Notes: generated from the letters alone by a model not told the origin. Positions 1-9,922 are shown, counted from the stretch's first letter. The stretch: 64,000 nt of DNA from Myxococcota bacterium (GCA_039194325.1 JBCCWC010000002.1:190191-254190); one strand, 5' to 3'. Program-made: numbers and translations.

Positions 1-1
1 A

Positions 2-220
2 CCGAGCGGCAGCTGGTACGACTGGAACTTCGCGACCGGCAGCGCGCAGCTCGATGCATGTGGCCTTCAGGCCAACAACGAGTACGGCACGCCCAACTAC
101 GCGTCGAGCTCCAACACCTGCAACTACAACATCTTCTTCGATTGCAACAGCGATTGCTGGATCCGCGAGTTCTCCAACTGCCAGGGCAAGAGGGTCGGCA
201 CCATCAGCCCGTGCTGGTAG
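2..220 (+). CDS. 3' end of a Cys-rich, probably secreted protein (5' end outside the window)
   Basis: Open frame 2 from the window edge: PSGSWYDWNFATGSAQLDACGLQANNEYGTPNYASSSNTCNYNIFFDCNSDCWIREFSNCQGKRVGTISPCW, TAG at 218-220; GC3-rich codons. Not in the ORF track because it has no start. Confidence 0.75.
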   Translation, partial: PSGSWYDWNFATGSAQLDACGLQANNEYGTPNYASSSNTCNYNIFFDCNSDCWIREFSNCQGKRVGTISPCW

Positions 221-233
221 TCGTGGGTTGCTC

Positions 234-1049
234 GTGAGCACCCGAGGCTACCTACTGCTGGCCCTGGTCCTCGGGGCTGGGGCTGTGCTCGTGTGGCTGG
301 GCCTGCGCTCGCCCGAGTCGTCGCCGCCCGCGTCGGTCGCTCCTTCGGCGCCAAGTGCGCGTCAGGAGCTGAACCGTCCACCCGAGCCGAACGCGCCCGT
401 GCGCCCCAGCACCCCGCCGGTGCCGGGCCGTGACGAGCCGCCGCCGATCGACGAACCCAGCCCGCCGCCCAACGGCGTGGCGCTGCGCCTGGCCGCGTAT
501 CAGCAGGCGGTGGAACGGCAAGATCCCCGCCCGGGCGAGCAGGCCTTCCGTGCCATGGTCTCCGCCTTCATGGAGTACAACCATCGCTTTGCCGTGGCGC
601 AGGCCGAGGCCGAGGGGATCGGCTTGGACGAGGTCGAGGAGCTGACCTACTTCGGCCTGATGGCGCAGGAGTCCCAGCGCTGGGGTGAGGTCGAGCAGCT
701 GCTCGACGGTCCCGTCGACCCCGAGACGCGCGCCCAGGCCGCCACGTTGCTCGACGAGCTGAACACCGAGTTCAAGCAGAGCATGCGCGACCTGGTCAAG
801 GAGGGCGTGTCGGTGGAGGATCGCTGGGCGCTGATCCGTAGCGTCCAGGAGGATTACCGCCAGCGCTACTTCGATCTGACCGGCATGGACGAGGACCAGC
901 TCGACGATCTGCTCGCCGGCGATGCCAGTCGCGACTACGCGCCGGGCTCGACCCCGCCTCCCGAGGACATCGAGCCGCGGCAGGACGGTCCCGTGCCGAT
1001 CGAGCCGCGCCAAGGCGAGCCCGTGCCCGAGCCCGAGTCGCCGCGGTGA
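234..1049 (+). CDS. Membrane-anchored hypothetical protein (N-terminal TM, Pro-rich linker, helical C-terminal domain)
   Basis: GTG at 234 just after the upstream stop; hydrophobic YLLLALVLGAGAVLVWLGL. The ORF-track extension from 54 overlaps the upstream gene. Confidence 0.75.
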   Translation: MSTRGYLLLALVLGAGAVLVWLGLRSPESSPPASVAPSAPSARQELNRPPEPNAPVRPSTPPVPGRDEPPPIDEPSPPPNGVALRLAAYQQAVERQDPRPGEQAFRAMVSAFMEYNHRFAVAQAEAEGIGLDEVEELTYFGLMAQESQRWGEVEQLLDGPVDPETRAQAATLLDELNTEFKQSMRDLVKEGVSVEDRWALIRSVQEDYRQRYFDLTGMDEDQLDDLLAGDASRDYAPGSTPPPEDIEPRQDGPVPIEPRQGEPVPEPESPR

Positions 1050-1729
1050 GCCGCGACGGGTCGAATGCGTCGCGCCACGCGGCCCTCATGCTCGGGGCCA
1101 CCGCTTTGGGGGTGGGACTCGGTGATCTACGCCTGTTGGCGGGGCTCGGGATCCTCTCGTTGTTCGGGTGGGTGTGGCAGCACCCGGCCGCGATTGGTTC
1201 CGCCGCCCAGCTGCGGGGCGCCAACGCCATCACGGCACTCCGGATCGGGCTGAGCGCCGCGCTGGCCTGGCTCGGAGCCCGCGGTCTCGTGCCGTGGGGG
1301 GGCGTGCTGGTGCTCGCCGTGTTCGCGCTCGACGGGCTCGACGGCTGGTGGGCGCGGCGCACCCGAACGGCCACGCCCTTTGGGGCGGCGTTCGACCAGG
1401 AGGCCGACGCGTTCCTGGTCACGATGACCAGTGCCGCGCTGGTGCAGGCCGAGCTCGCGCCCTCGTGGGTGCTGCTCACCGGAGCGCTGCGCTACGGCTA
1501 CGTGCTGGTCGTCCATGGCCTGCGGCTGCGCGGCGAGGCCCCGCGTAGCACGATCGCCCGCTATGTCTTTGCCGTGCTCGTGCTGTGTATGTCTGCCGCC
1601 ATGCTGTGGCCGAGCCCGATCACCCGCGGGGCGCTCCGGCTCGCGTCGGCGTTGTTGGTCTGGTCGTTCGGTCGCTCACTGTGGTGGTCGTGGCGGGGGC
1701 CAGCGGGCCGTGATCGCGAGCAGCCGTGA
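1046..1729 (+). CDS. CDP-alcohol phosphatidyltransferase family protein
   Basis: ANAITALR and DGLDGWWARRTRTATPFGAAFDQEAD match the family signature; GTGA overlap with the previous gene. Confidence 0.9.
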   Translation: MSRDGSNASRHAALMLGATALGVGLGDLRLLAGLGILSLFGWVWQHPAAIGSAAQLRGANAITALRIGLSAALAWLGARGLVPWGGVLVLAVFALDGLDGWWARRTRTATPFGAAFDQEADAFLVTMTSAALVQAELAPSWVLLTGALRYGYVLVVHGLRLRGEAPRSTIARYVFAVLVLCMSAAMLWPSPITRGALRLASALLVWSFGRSLWWSWRGPAGRDREQP

Positions 1730-2803
1730 GGCGACCTCGGCCCAGGGACGATGCGGTCGGTGCCTCCAGGCTCGCTGCTGTCGGGCGCGTAGCTCGGTGC
1801 GATCGCGGCCGAGCGCGACCAGGGCCTCGGCCAGGTGCGCCTCGTCGGGGGTGAGCGCTCCGCCCCAGCTCGGGTCGACGTGGGTGGCCACGTTGCCGCC
1901 GGTGCGCGCGAGGATCGGGCGCCCGCACGCCCGGGCCTCGGCCAGCGCCATGCCGAAGGACTCCATGGCAGAGGCGGACACCAGCAGATCTGCCCGCAAG
2001 AGGGCCTCGATGCACTCGGGATAGGAGCGCGGGCCCACCAGGCGCACGCGCTCTCGTAGCGGCGCCCGCTCGCGCACCAGGTCGGCACAGCGCTGGGCGT
2101 AGTCGGGCTCGTGCTGCGTGCCCCCGATCACCACCAGCTCCAGGCGATCGTGGGGCTCGAGCCGCGCGGCCAGGCATTCGAGCAGCGGGGCGATCCCCTT
2201 GCCCTTGGTGATGTTGGCGATGACTATGGCGTGCAGCGGGGCATCATCGGGGCGAGCTACCGAGCGGTCCACCGGTCGAGCTGCGACCGGGAGCTCGATC
2301 CCCGGCTCGAGCACGCGGATCCGGGCGGCGTCGACTCCCAGCGCGTCGAGCTCTTGGGCGAGGTACTCGCTGGGGACCAGCAGTCCTTCGGCATGCTCGA
2401 GCGCGTCCGTCTCCTCGGGCGATAGCGAGGATCGGGCGGGCGCCTCGCCATGCGTAGTCAAAACCGGAAGATAATGCACCAACAGCCCGATCCGACACGA
2501 GGGGGCCGCGAGCCGCCGTAGCTCGGGCAGGCACGACATCCACAGGCTGTCCACCCAGACCGTTCGCTCACCGGGCACCCGAACGAGCGCCCGGGCCTGT
2601 GCGGGCCCGAGCACCGGGGGATCCTCGCCCCGCGCGCGCAGGGCCTGCACCAGCTGCCGATTGAATCGGGTCCCGCCGGTCGGAGGGCCCCCAAGCGGCG
2701 GCGCGACGAAGGCGAGCCGCGAAGCCGAGCCGGTCCCGCGCGGGTCGGTCTCGCGCGGGTCGGGCTCGCCGGGGTCGAGCGTCGTCGCTTGCGGCGGGCT
2801 CAT
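1676..2803 (-). CDS. Glycosyltransferase family 4 (GT-B)
   Basis: TGGTRFN, KGKG, ADLLVSASAMESFGMALAEARACGRP (E-x7-E motif); ATG at 2803 overlaps the RibD stop (ATGA). Confidence 0.9.
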   Translation of the reverse strand: MSPPQATTLDPGEPDPRETDPRGTGSASRLAFVAPPLGGPPTGGTRFNRQLVQALRARGEDPPVLGPAQARALVRVPGERTVWVDSLWMSCLPELRRLAAPSCRIGLLVHYLPVLTTHGEAPARSSLSPEETDALEHAEGLLVPSEYLAQELDALGVDAARIRVLEPGIELPVAARPVDRSVARPDDAPLHAIVIANITKGKGIAPLLECLAARLEPHDRLELVVIGGTQHEPDYAQRCADLVRERAPLRERVRLVGPRSYPECIEALLRADLLVSASAMESFGMALAEARACGRPILARTGGNVATHVDPSWGGALTPDEAHLAEALVALGRDRTELRARQQRAWRHRPHRPWAEVASRLLAITARWPPPRPPQ

Positions 2804-3738
2804 GCCGGGTTGCTCAGCCGGCAGTCGAAGAGCACGTCGCGTCCCATCGAAAAGGTGCGGGCGTCGAAGGTCTTGGCTCCGTCGAGGTCGAGCACCTCGG
2901 GGAGAGTGAACGCGGGGCGCCCCGAGCCGATGATGATCGGGGACACCGAGACCTGGAGGCGATCGAGCAGCCCGGCCTCGAAGAAGCGTGAGACCGTGAT
3001 CCCGCCCCCCTCGATGAAGATCCGGCGCAGCCCACGAGTGCGCAGTGTCTTGAGGATCTCGGAGATCGGCAGCCACTGATCGTGAGCGGATCCCACGGGG
3101 ATCACCTCGACGTGATCGGCCAGCGCCGTAGAGGTGTAGCCTTCGCGTCGGAGCAGCACGGTGCGGCTCGGCCCATCGCGCACCACCCGGTGCTCCGGAC
3201 CGATCCGCCCCTGGGGATCGATGACCACTCGCACCGGATCCTCACCCGGGCACAAGCGGGTGGTGAGTCGCGGATCGTCGTGCTCCACCGTGGAGGCCCC
3301 GACCATCACCGCGTCGAACAGCGCGCGCATCCGGTGGTTGTGCTGGAGATCTTCGGGCCCGCTGATGAACTGGGAGATCCCGTTGGAGGTGGCGATCCGC
3401 CCGTCGAGCGACTGCGCGAGGTGGGCCACCACCAGCTGCGGGGCGTTGGGTCCCGTGCACAGCGGAACGTAGAGATCGAACAGCTGGGTCAGCGGGTCGA
3501 CCGAGATCGCGTCGCAGGAGGCGCCGTGAGCGGGCCATGCCCAGCCGCGCTCGGCCTCGGTGGTCAGCAGCAGCCACGCGTCGTCGGGCGCGACGGCGAG
3601 CACGTCCCCGTTGTCGCCCAAGCGGATCCCGGTGTTGGTGAGCGGGGGCTTACCGTGGCGAAGGCGAGCCCGCAGCGCCGAGATCAGGGCCCATGCATTC
3701 TGCTCGTCGAGGGATCGTTGGTGATGGCTCGGTGGCAA
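2800..3738 (-). CDS. RibD C-terminal (reductase) domain protein with N-terminal extension
   Basis: AQSLDGRIAT, HRMRALFDAVMVGASTVEHDDPRLTTR, IFIEGGG; no deaminase HAE/PCxxC motif seen. Confidence 0.85.
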   Translation of the reverse strand: MPPSHHQRSLDEQNAWALISALRARLRHGKPPLTNTGIRLGDNGDVLAVAPDDAWLLLTTEAERGWAWPAHGASCDAISVDPLTQLFDLYVPLCTGPNAPQLVVAHLAQSLDGRIATSNGISQFISGPEDLQHNHRMRALFDAVMVGASTVEHDDPRLTTRLCPGEDPVRVVIDPQGRIGPEHRVVRDGPSRTVLLRREGYTSTALADHVEVIPVGSAHDQWLPISEILKTLRTRGLRRIFIEGGGITVSRFFEAGLLDRLQVSVSPIIIGSGRPAFTLPEVLDLDGAKTFDARTFSMGRDVLFDCRLSNPA

Positions 3739-3891
3739 GGTTCGAGGAGCAAGGAGAAGTTCAAGGAGACGTAAGAACCGCCGATCGAACGGTTCTGCGG
3801 GCCACTCTAGCGTGAAAAGGGGCGGGTGACGACCGGGTTTGCACCCCGCCGGTTGGGGTGCGAACCGATGTGCGGCATGCTTCGGGCGACC

Positions 3892-5712
3892 ATGGGTCGC
3901 TCTGCCTCGTCGTGGTTTTCCTCGCTACGCGCCTCACCCTCGCTGCGTGCGGTGGCGCCGTGGCTGGGCGTACTGGTCCTCAACACGCTCTTCGTGCTGC
4001 CGGCCGTCGCGCGGCAGCTCCCTCGGCAGCCCTTGCTGATCTTCACGCCCAGCGGGGATCTGCTGGTCCTGTTGGCGCTGTGCACGGCGGTGGCTGGCTT
4101 CCGCCACGCGGCGTGGGTGCGCCGCGGATCGGTGGCCGTGCTGCTGCTTTTGTGGCTCTACATGTGGCCCGCGATGATCGGGCAGATCATCATCCGCCAG
4201 GCCCCGCTGCTCTACGACCTGTTGTTCTTGGCCAAGCACGTGGGGATCCTGCTGATGGATCTGTGGACCTGGTCTCGCTTCGCGGCCCTCTTGGGGGCCG
4301 TGCTGGTCCTGACGCTCGCGGGCTGGCTGGGCTGGCGCCTGTTTAGCGCGGTGGTCGGCGCTCTGGCTCGCCGGCCCGCGCGGCACCTCGTGCGGGGGAT
4401 CGGGGTGATGCTGATGGCGTTATTCGCACTGGCCCTGTTCCAGGATCGTCGCCATGTGGTCGGGGTTCGGGTCACCGGCCCCGTCGTGTGGACCTCGCCT
4501 GCCCTGGTCTCCAACCTCGGCAAGTCCTTCACGATGTACCAGCGGATCAAGCGGGGCATCGAGCACTCGCCCTACGCCCAGTATCGCGACAGCTACCGGC
4601 TCGATCGCAAGCCCGACGTGCACCTGTTCCTGGTGGAGAGCTACGGTCGGATCCTCTTTTCTCACCCCGACATCGCCGAGCGCTGGCGCGGGATCTTGGC
4701 GCATCACCAGCAGTGCCTGCAGGACGCGGGGTGGCACGTGGTCAGCGGTTTCAGCCGGGCGCCGGTCAGCGGGGGGGGCTCGTGGATGGCCGAGGCCACC
4801 GTGCTCACGGGCATCCGGGTGCGCTACGAGGCGGTGTTTCGCCACCTGGTCGACGACATCCAAAACACCCCCAACTTGGTGCGCTTTCTCGACTCGCAGG
4901 GCTACCAGACCGTGCTGCTCGCGCCCAAAGATCGAGCGCGTCCTGGGCTTCCGCTCGAGAACCGCTATGACTACGACACCACGGTCTTTGCGCTCGATCT
5001 GAAGTACGAGGGGCCTCCGATCGGCTGGGGGATCATCCCCGACCAGTACAGCCTGGGCTTTGCTCACGAGTACGTGTTCAGCCGCTCGACCGAGCCCCTG
5101 TTCACCAACTTCCACATGGTCTCCTCGCACGCCCCGTGGTCGGTGGTCCCGTCGATCGTCGAAGACTGGCGCGCCTTGGGCGGGGGGGGGCTAGAGGACG
5201 CCGAGGAATTCGAGGGATCCGAGGGAGAGTCCGCGTCCGCGCGCGAGCCCGGCCCGGGGAAGTTTCGGTTCAAGGAGCTGAGCGATCGGCTGCGGCACTT
5301 CAAGCGCTTCCGGGCTCCGCGCTATGCCTACATGGGCGACGTGGACGGGCTCAAGCTCACCTCCTTTGCCCAGGCGATCGATTACGATCTGGAGATCTTG
5401 GTCCAGTATCTTGAGCAGCTCGACGGGGACAAGCTGGTCATCATCATGGGGGATCACCAGCCGCCGCTGGTCTCCGAGGCCGATGACACCTATGACGTGC
5501 CCGTGCACGTGCTCGCCCGTGATCCTGCCCTGCTCGAGGAGTTCTCCGCCGCGGGCTTTTCCGAGGGGATGGATCTCAACGACGGTCGCTTCACCACGAT
5601 CTTGCACGAGGCGCTGTTCTCGATGGTCGTGCGCGGTCTGGTGCGGTGCTGCGCCGAGCCCGGCACCGAGCCTCCGGTCCTGCGTCCCAACGGGATCCAC
5701 ATCGGCAACTGA
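3892..5712 (+). CDS. Membrane protein with a sulfatase/alkaline-phosphatase-like (LtaS-like) domain
   Basis: About 5 N-terminal TM segments, then FLVESYG, GGGSWMAEAT, SSHAPW, MGDHQP. Confidence 0.8.
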   Translation: MGRSASSWFSSLRASPSLRAVAPWLGVLVLNTLFVLPAVARQLPRQPLLIFTPSGDLLVLLALCTAVAGFRHAAWVRRGSVAVLLLLWLYMWPAMIGQIIIRQAPLLYDLLFLAKHVGILLMDLWTWSRFAALLGAVLVLTLAGWLGWRLFSAVVGALARRPARHLVRGIGVMLMALFALALFQDRRHVVGVRVTGPVVWTSPALVSNLGKSFTMYQRIKRGIEHSPYAQYRDSYRLDRKPDVHLFLVESYGRILFSHPDIAERWRGILAHHQQCLQDAGWHVVSGFSRAPVSGGGSWMAEATVLTGIRVRYEAVFRHLVDDIQNTPNLVRFLDSQGYQTVLLAPKDRARPGLPLENRYDYDTTVFALDLKYEGPPIGWGIIPDQYSLGFAHEYVFSRSTEPLFTNFHMVSSHAPWSVVPSIVEDWRALGGGGLEDAEEFEGSEGESASAREPGPGKFRFKELSDRLRHFKRFRAPRYAYMGDVDGLKLTSFAQAIDYDLEILVQYLEQLDGDKLVIIMGDHQPPLVSEADDTYDVPVHVLARDPALLEEFSAAGFSEGMDLNDGRFTTILHEALFSMVVRGLVRCCAEPGTEPPVLRPNGIHIGN

Positions 5713-5761
5713 GCGTTGTATGCCGAGGCCGGCGACCGTGTATCCTGGGGCCCGGCGGGCC

Positions 5762-6658
5762 ATGCAATCGTTCGATCCAGCGCAGGTGCGGCGCTACTAC
5801 GACCGCCATACCGCTCGGTTCGTCGCGCTGGGGCAGGGGGGCAATCTCGGGGCGATCCACCGCGCCGTGTGGGGCCCCGGGGCGCGGGATCGGGCCGCCG
5901 CGTTTCGCTGGGTGGAGGATCGGCTCGCCGAGCATGTTCACCGGCTCGGCGAGCCCGGGCCGCAGCCCGACGCCAAGCCCAACGTGAAACCCGACGCGAA
6001 GCCGGAGTCAGCGCCCTGGCACGTGCTCGACCTCGGATGTGGGATCGGCGCGAGCCTCTCGTATCTCGCCGAGCGCTTGCCGATCCGGGGGACCGGCATC
6101 ACCCTCAGCCCCGTTCAGGCCCGGTTGGCGGCCCAGCGGATCGATCAGGCCGGTCTCGGCGATCGAGTGCGCTGTATCGAGGGCGACTACTGCGAGCTCC
6201 CCGACGATCTCGGGCCCGTCGATCTGGCCTATGCGATCGAGTCGTTCCTCCACGGGCCTGATCCTCGGCGTTTCTTCGCCCAGTGTGCCCGCGTCGTCCG
6301 TCCTGGGGGGGTGCTCGTGTTGTGCGACGACTTTCGGCGTAGCACTGCCGAGCCGGCGGCCGCCCGATCGATCGACCGCTTCGTTAGGGGCTGGCACGTG
6401 GGCACCTTGCTCGACCGCCAGCAAGTGCGGGCGATCGCCCAGCAGGCTGGCTTCGAGCACGAGTCGACCACCGATCTGACTCCCTACCTCGAGCTGGGCC
6501 GGCCTCGCGATCACGCCATTGCCGTCATGGTCGCGCTGGTCGGCTGGCTGCCGCCCGTGGCGCGTCGCTACGACGATCTCATTGGTGGCAGTGCCTTGCA
6601 ACGATGTCTCACTCGCGGGTGGGTCGGGTACGATCTCGCGTGCTTTCGGCGGGTCTAA
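5762..6658 (+). CDS. Class I SAM-dependent methyltransferase
   Basis: VRRYYD, IHRAVW, VLDLGCGIG, GITLSPVQ, AIESFLH, VRPGGVLVLCD; alternative ATG at 5720. Confidence 0.88.
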   Translation: MQSFDPAQVRRYYDRHTARFVALGQGGNLGAIHRAVWGPGARDRAAAFRWVEDRLAEHVHRLGEPGPQPDAKPNVKPDAKPESAPWHVLDLGCGIGASLSYLAERLPIRGTGITLSPVQARLAAQRIDQAGLGDRVRCIEGDYCELPDDLGPVDLAYAIESFLHGPDPRRFFAQCARVVRPGGVLVLCDDFRRSTAEPAAARSIDRFVRGWHVGTLLDRQQVRAIAQQAGFEHESTTDLTPYLELGRPRDHAIAVMVALVGWLPPVARRYDDLIGGSALQRCLTRGWVGYDLACFRRV

Positions 6659-6864
6659 GAGGGCGGTGATGGGCGGGATCGTGGGGGAGAGCGCGGTGGT
6701 GAATCGGTCGGGCGCTGGTCGCCATCCTCGCGCTGCGCTGAGCGGCGGGTGAACGCTCATGCGGGTCTTGCGCAATGTGCGCATGATGAAGGGTGTCTGA
6801 CTCCTTCTCGCTTAGAACGATGTTATAACGGCCTTTAGACGCCTATGCATCGAGCCGCGTGCAT

Positions 6865-6920
6865 CGTTCAAAAAAATGAGCATGTTCATGATTGAACGAA
6901 GTCATCAATGAGCACGCTCA
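6865..6920. promoter_or_regulatory. Putative TetR operator array: three TGA-N6-TCA boxes at 16-bp period
   Basis: TGAGCATGTTCA 6877-6888, TGAACGAAGTCA 6893-6904, TGAGCACGCTCA 6909-6920 (overlaps the ATG); locally AT-rich. Confidence 0.6.
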
Positions 6921-7513
6921 GGGAGCGCAATCGGCAAGACAAATGGCGACGGATCCGCAAGGCCGCGGAGTCGCTCTTTGCCGAGCGGGGCTTTGCCGGC
7001 ACGACCACCCGGGCCATCGCCGATCGGGCCGAGGTCGGGGTTGGCACCGTCTATCTGTATGCCAAGACCAAGGAAGATCTGCTGCTGCGGATCTTCGTCG
7101 AGTCGATCGAGGCGGCCATCGATGAGGGCTTTGCGACCTTGCCCGACGCCCCCATCGTCGATCGTCTGCTCCATGTCTACGGGTGCTTCTTTGCGTTCTA
7201 CCGCCGCGACTTGGCGCTCGCTCGCGTGCTGGTGCGCGAGATGACCCTGGGGGACGTGGATCTGCCGGCCAACGTTGAGCTGTCGATGAGCTTCAACCGC
7301 CGGGTGGCCGCGCTGCTTGGTGAGTCGGCGCTACGCGGCGAGCTCCGCCGCGATCTGCCCGCCGAGCTGGCGGCCACCAACACCTTCGCTCTTTACCTCA
7401 TCTCGCTCGTCGCCTGGCTCAACGGCTTCGTCGACGAGGCGGGTCGTGACGCCATGCTCCGGGCGTCGTTGAACCTTCAGCTCGAGGGCCTCGGGCCCCG
7501 GGAGGAATCATGA
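6908..7513 (+). CDS. TetR/AcrR family transcriptional regulator
   Basis: AAESLFAERGFAGTTTRAIADRAEVGVGTVYLYAKTKEDLL helix-turn-helix. Confidence 0.95.
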   Translation: MSTLRERNRQDKWRRIRKAAESLFAERGFAGTTTRAIADRAEVGVGTVYLYAKTKEDLLLRIFVESIEAAIDEGFATLPDAPIVDRLLHVYGCFFAFYRRDLALARVLVREMTLGDVDLPANVELSMSFNRRVAALLGESALRGELRRDLPAELAATNTFALYLISLVAWLNGFVDEAGRDAMLRASLNLQLEGLGPREES

Positions 7514-8061
7514 CCACCCTGCTCGATGCTCGCGCCAAATTCTTGTCTCGGATCGACAGTCCCCCCCAAGGGGAGTCCGCTCGATGGATCCACCTCGAGC
7601 TGGGGCCGATCCCCATGGTGATCCCCAATACCGCGTCGCGCAAGGACACCGTGCGCTTCCACGATCTGCACCACGTGCTCACCGGCTACAAAACCGACTG
7701 GGCCGGCGAGTTCGAGATCAGCGCCTGGGAGGTGGCCAGCGGCTGCGCCGACAAGTCGTTCGCCTGGATGATGAACCTGCCGGGCCTGGTCGGTGGCCTG
7801 TGCCGCTGGCCTCGCCGGACCTTCCGCGCCTTCGTGCGAGGGCTACGCAGCCGCAACCTCTATCGCGAGCGCTGGGGTGACGCCCTGCTGGCCCAGTCGG
7901 TCGAGGCCACCCGGGCCCGCCTGGGCCTGCACCGCGACGGGCGCCACGCGACCTTCGGGGAGGCGACGCGCTTCTTGTTGTGGGCCACCCTCGCGTGGCT
8001 CTGGGTGCTCGCTCCGCTGGCGCTCGTGACCTTGGCGGTGGTGACCGTGGCGGTGGGGTGA
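7510..8061 (+). CDS. Coq4-like metal-binding protein with C-terminal TM
   Basis: HDLHHVLTGYKTDWAGEFEISAWE matches HDxxH-x11-E; ATGA-coupled to tetR with GGAGG RBS. Confidence 0.65.
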   Translation: MTTLLDARAKFLSRIDSPPQGESARWIHLELGPIPMVIPNTASRKDTVRFHDLHHVLTGYKTDWAGEFEISAWEVASGCADKSFAWMMNLPGLVGGLCRWPRRTFRAFVRGLRSRNLYRERWGDALLAQSVEATRARLGLHRDGRHATFGEATRFLLWATLAWLWVLAPLALVTLAVVTVAVG

Positions 8062-8064
8062 TGC

Positions 8065-9270
8065 TCACCCTTCGGGCTTGGTCGTTGGATCGCCGGTCGG
8101 CTCGCAGCCCCACTGAAAGTTGTCGAGGAAGGCGTAGCTGTCGAGGATCGAGTCGCTCAGGTCGAAGATTGCGAACACCACCGTGATCGTCTCGCCGCCG
8201 GTCACCCCGGCGGTGGTGGTGAGCCACCCGGTGGCCGCGTGCTGGCGCATGCAAGTCCCTGCCAGCTGGGGCAGGTTGCCGGCGTCGTCGGCATACTCCA
8301 AAAAGCCCGCGTTGAGCGAGATCGGGTTGCCCGAGCCATCGAACGAGATATTGCCCGTCCACTTCTCCGATTCCAGCCAGCCCACGTACATGTCGTTGAA
8401 CTGCGAGCCATAGTAGTATGGATACTCGGTCGACGAGAACGCGAAATCGTAGCTGAACGACACGATGTCGGGCGGCACCTGCACCTCGAAGCGTAGCTCC
8501 ACATAGTCGTTGGCCGACACGCCCTGGTCGAACTGGCTCTGGATCGTGTTGGAGCAATCACCAGTGCCGACCAAGCCCGGGTTGGTTGCGCAATCACCTC
8601 CCACGTTGTTGGATCGCAAAGGAGCGGGCAGCGAGCCGCCTGGGTCGTAGCCGCCCAGGTCGTCGTTGCAGTGGAGCGGCCCTTGGTTGCTATCGCCGAA
8701 AGGGGTGACCAGGTCGAGATCGGACACGAAGCCGCTGCCGATCACCGCATAGATCGTGCCTTCGGTGGGATCGAAGGTGTTGGTGTTGCCGAAGCTTCCG
8801 CGTACACCGCGGGCGGACACGGGACCCGAGGTCGAGGTGCTGACCTGCAGCTCGCCGGGGCAATTGAGGCCCATCGCGCGGAACGGGTCGCCCGAGCCCG
8901 CGTCGCAGGGCACGTGCTCGGGGATCGTGCACTCGCAGTTGCCCAGCTCTTCGCAGCTGGGCGGGCTCCCGGAGGTCTCCGAAGGGGCGCCCAGGTCGAA
9001 CTTGGGGCCGCCCGGTGAGTCCTCCGTGTCCCCCTCATCGGTCGACCCGGCGGCGTCGTTGCCGGTGCCACCGTTGGGGTCGTCGTCGGTGTCCGAGGCG
9101 CTACCGCTCGCGGTCTCGGTCGCGGTCGCGGTCGCAGTGAGGTGGACCCCGGTGAGGCCCGAGGCGCCGGTGCCTCGACCGTCTTCTTGATCGCAGGCAA
9201 CGGACGTTAGGCTCAGCCCTGCGATCCAGATCCATTGTGTCGTCGTTTGTGTCGTCGTTCGAAGCCGCAT
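8065..9270 (-). CDS. Lipoprotein with choice-of-anchor-L-like domain
   Basis: Lipobox SVAC, T/S/D-rich linker, FAFSSTEYPYYYGSQFND, TGWLTT, FAIFDLSDSILDS; GGGAGG RBS. Confidence 0.8.
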   Translation of the reverse strand: MRLRTTTQTTTQWIWIAGLSLTSVACDQEDGRGTGASGLTGVHLTATATATETASGSASDTDDDPNGGTGNDAAGSTDEGDTEDSPGGPKFDLGAPSETSGSPPSCEELGNCECTIPEHVPCDAGSGDPFRAMGLNCPGELQVSTSTSGPVSARGVRGSFGNTNTFDPTEGTIYAVIGSGFVSDLDLVTPFGDSNQGPLHCNDDLGGYDPGGSLPAPLRSNNVGGDCATNPGLVGTGDCSNTIQSQFDQGVSANDYVELRFEVQVPPDIVSFSYDFAFSSTEYPYYYGSQFNDMYVGWLESEKWTGNISFDGSGNPISLNAGFLEYADDAGNLPQLAGTCMRQHAATGWLTTTAGVTGGETITVVFAIFDLSDSILDSYAFLDNFQWGCEPTGDPTTKPEG

Positions 9271-9361
9271 CGCACCTCCCACTGCCCCGCGGGGCCCATC
9301 GACTCTCCTTCGACGTCCGAACGGCGGGGATTTTCGGATCGATCGTCGAATTTCTGCGATC

Positions 9362-9428
9362 TGGGCAACTTGCCCTCAGTGTTGGGCAACCGCTTGGGCA
9401 ATTGGCCCAAGATGGGCGTTGTTGCCCT
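9362..9428. promoter_or_regulatory. Cluster of TGGGC-N5-GCCC palindromic boxes
   Basis: TGGGCAACTTGCCCT 9362-9376, half site 9382-9391, TTGGGCAATTGGCCCAA 9394-9410, TGGGCGTTGTTGCCCT 9413-9428 (N6 variant). Confidence 0.55.
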
Positions 9429-9905
9429 TGTGTGAGTCCCATCTGTAGCACGCGAAACTTCAGTGAGCGGCAGCTCGAGGAGTTCGTGGGGTCCTCGAGC
9501 GCGGGGCTCAGCTGCTGGACGTCGGTGTCACGAGTCTCGCGCGGGCCGCTAGCACGCGCTCAATCGCTTCGTCAACGGCCGAGGTCCTGGGCCTACCATT
9601 GAGGAGCCCGGCACCTCGGCGTGGGCTGGGTGGTGTTCGTGACGTCCGCCCGGGTGAGGTCCGGGGGCGATGACGCCCAGAGCGGATCCGCTCGAGCGCC
9701 GTCGAGACCCGAAAAAAATCGTCGGTCGTTGTCCAGTCCTCTCGATGCGCTCGCATATAGGGGTCGAGCGTACGGCGCTGGCAAGTGGCTGAGAACCGAC
9801 TGCTCTCACCGTGAGACTGGTGGGCTGGCCGCCCAAGGCACCACGCTGGCTACCTTCCTTGATGCTCTTTTGCGACTGGCTTGTGACCTTTCGTAGTCGA
9901 TGCCC

Positions 9906-9922
9906 TTGGCTGCCGTTTTGCG
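9906..9922 (+). promoter_or_regulatory. Candidate sigma54 (-24/-12) promoter
   Basis: TTGGCTGCCGTTTTGCG: GG-N10-GC with TTGC at -12; ends about 40 nt before ATG 9961. Confidence 0.5.

Noticed and set aside
2800..3738. Bifunctional riboflavin ribD
   Set aside because: Deaminase zinc motifs are absent and there are no rib operon neighbours.
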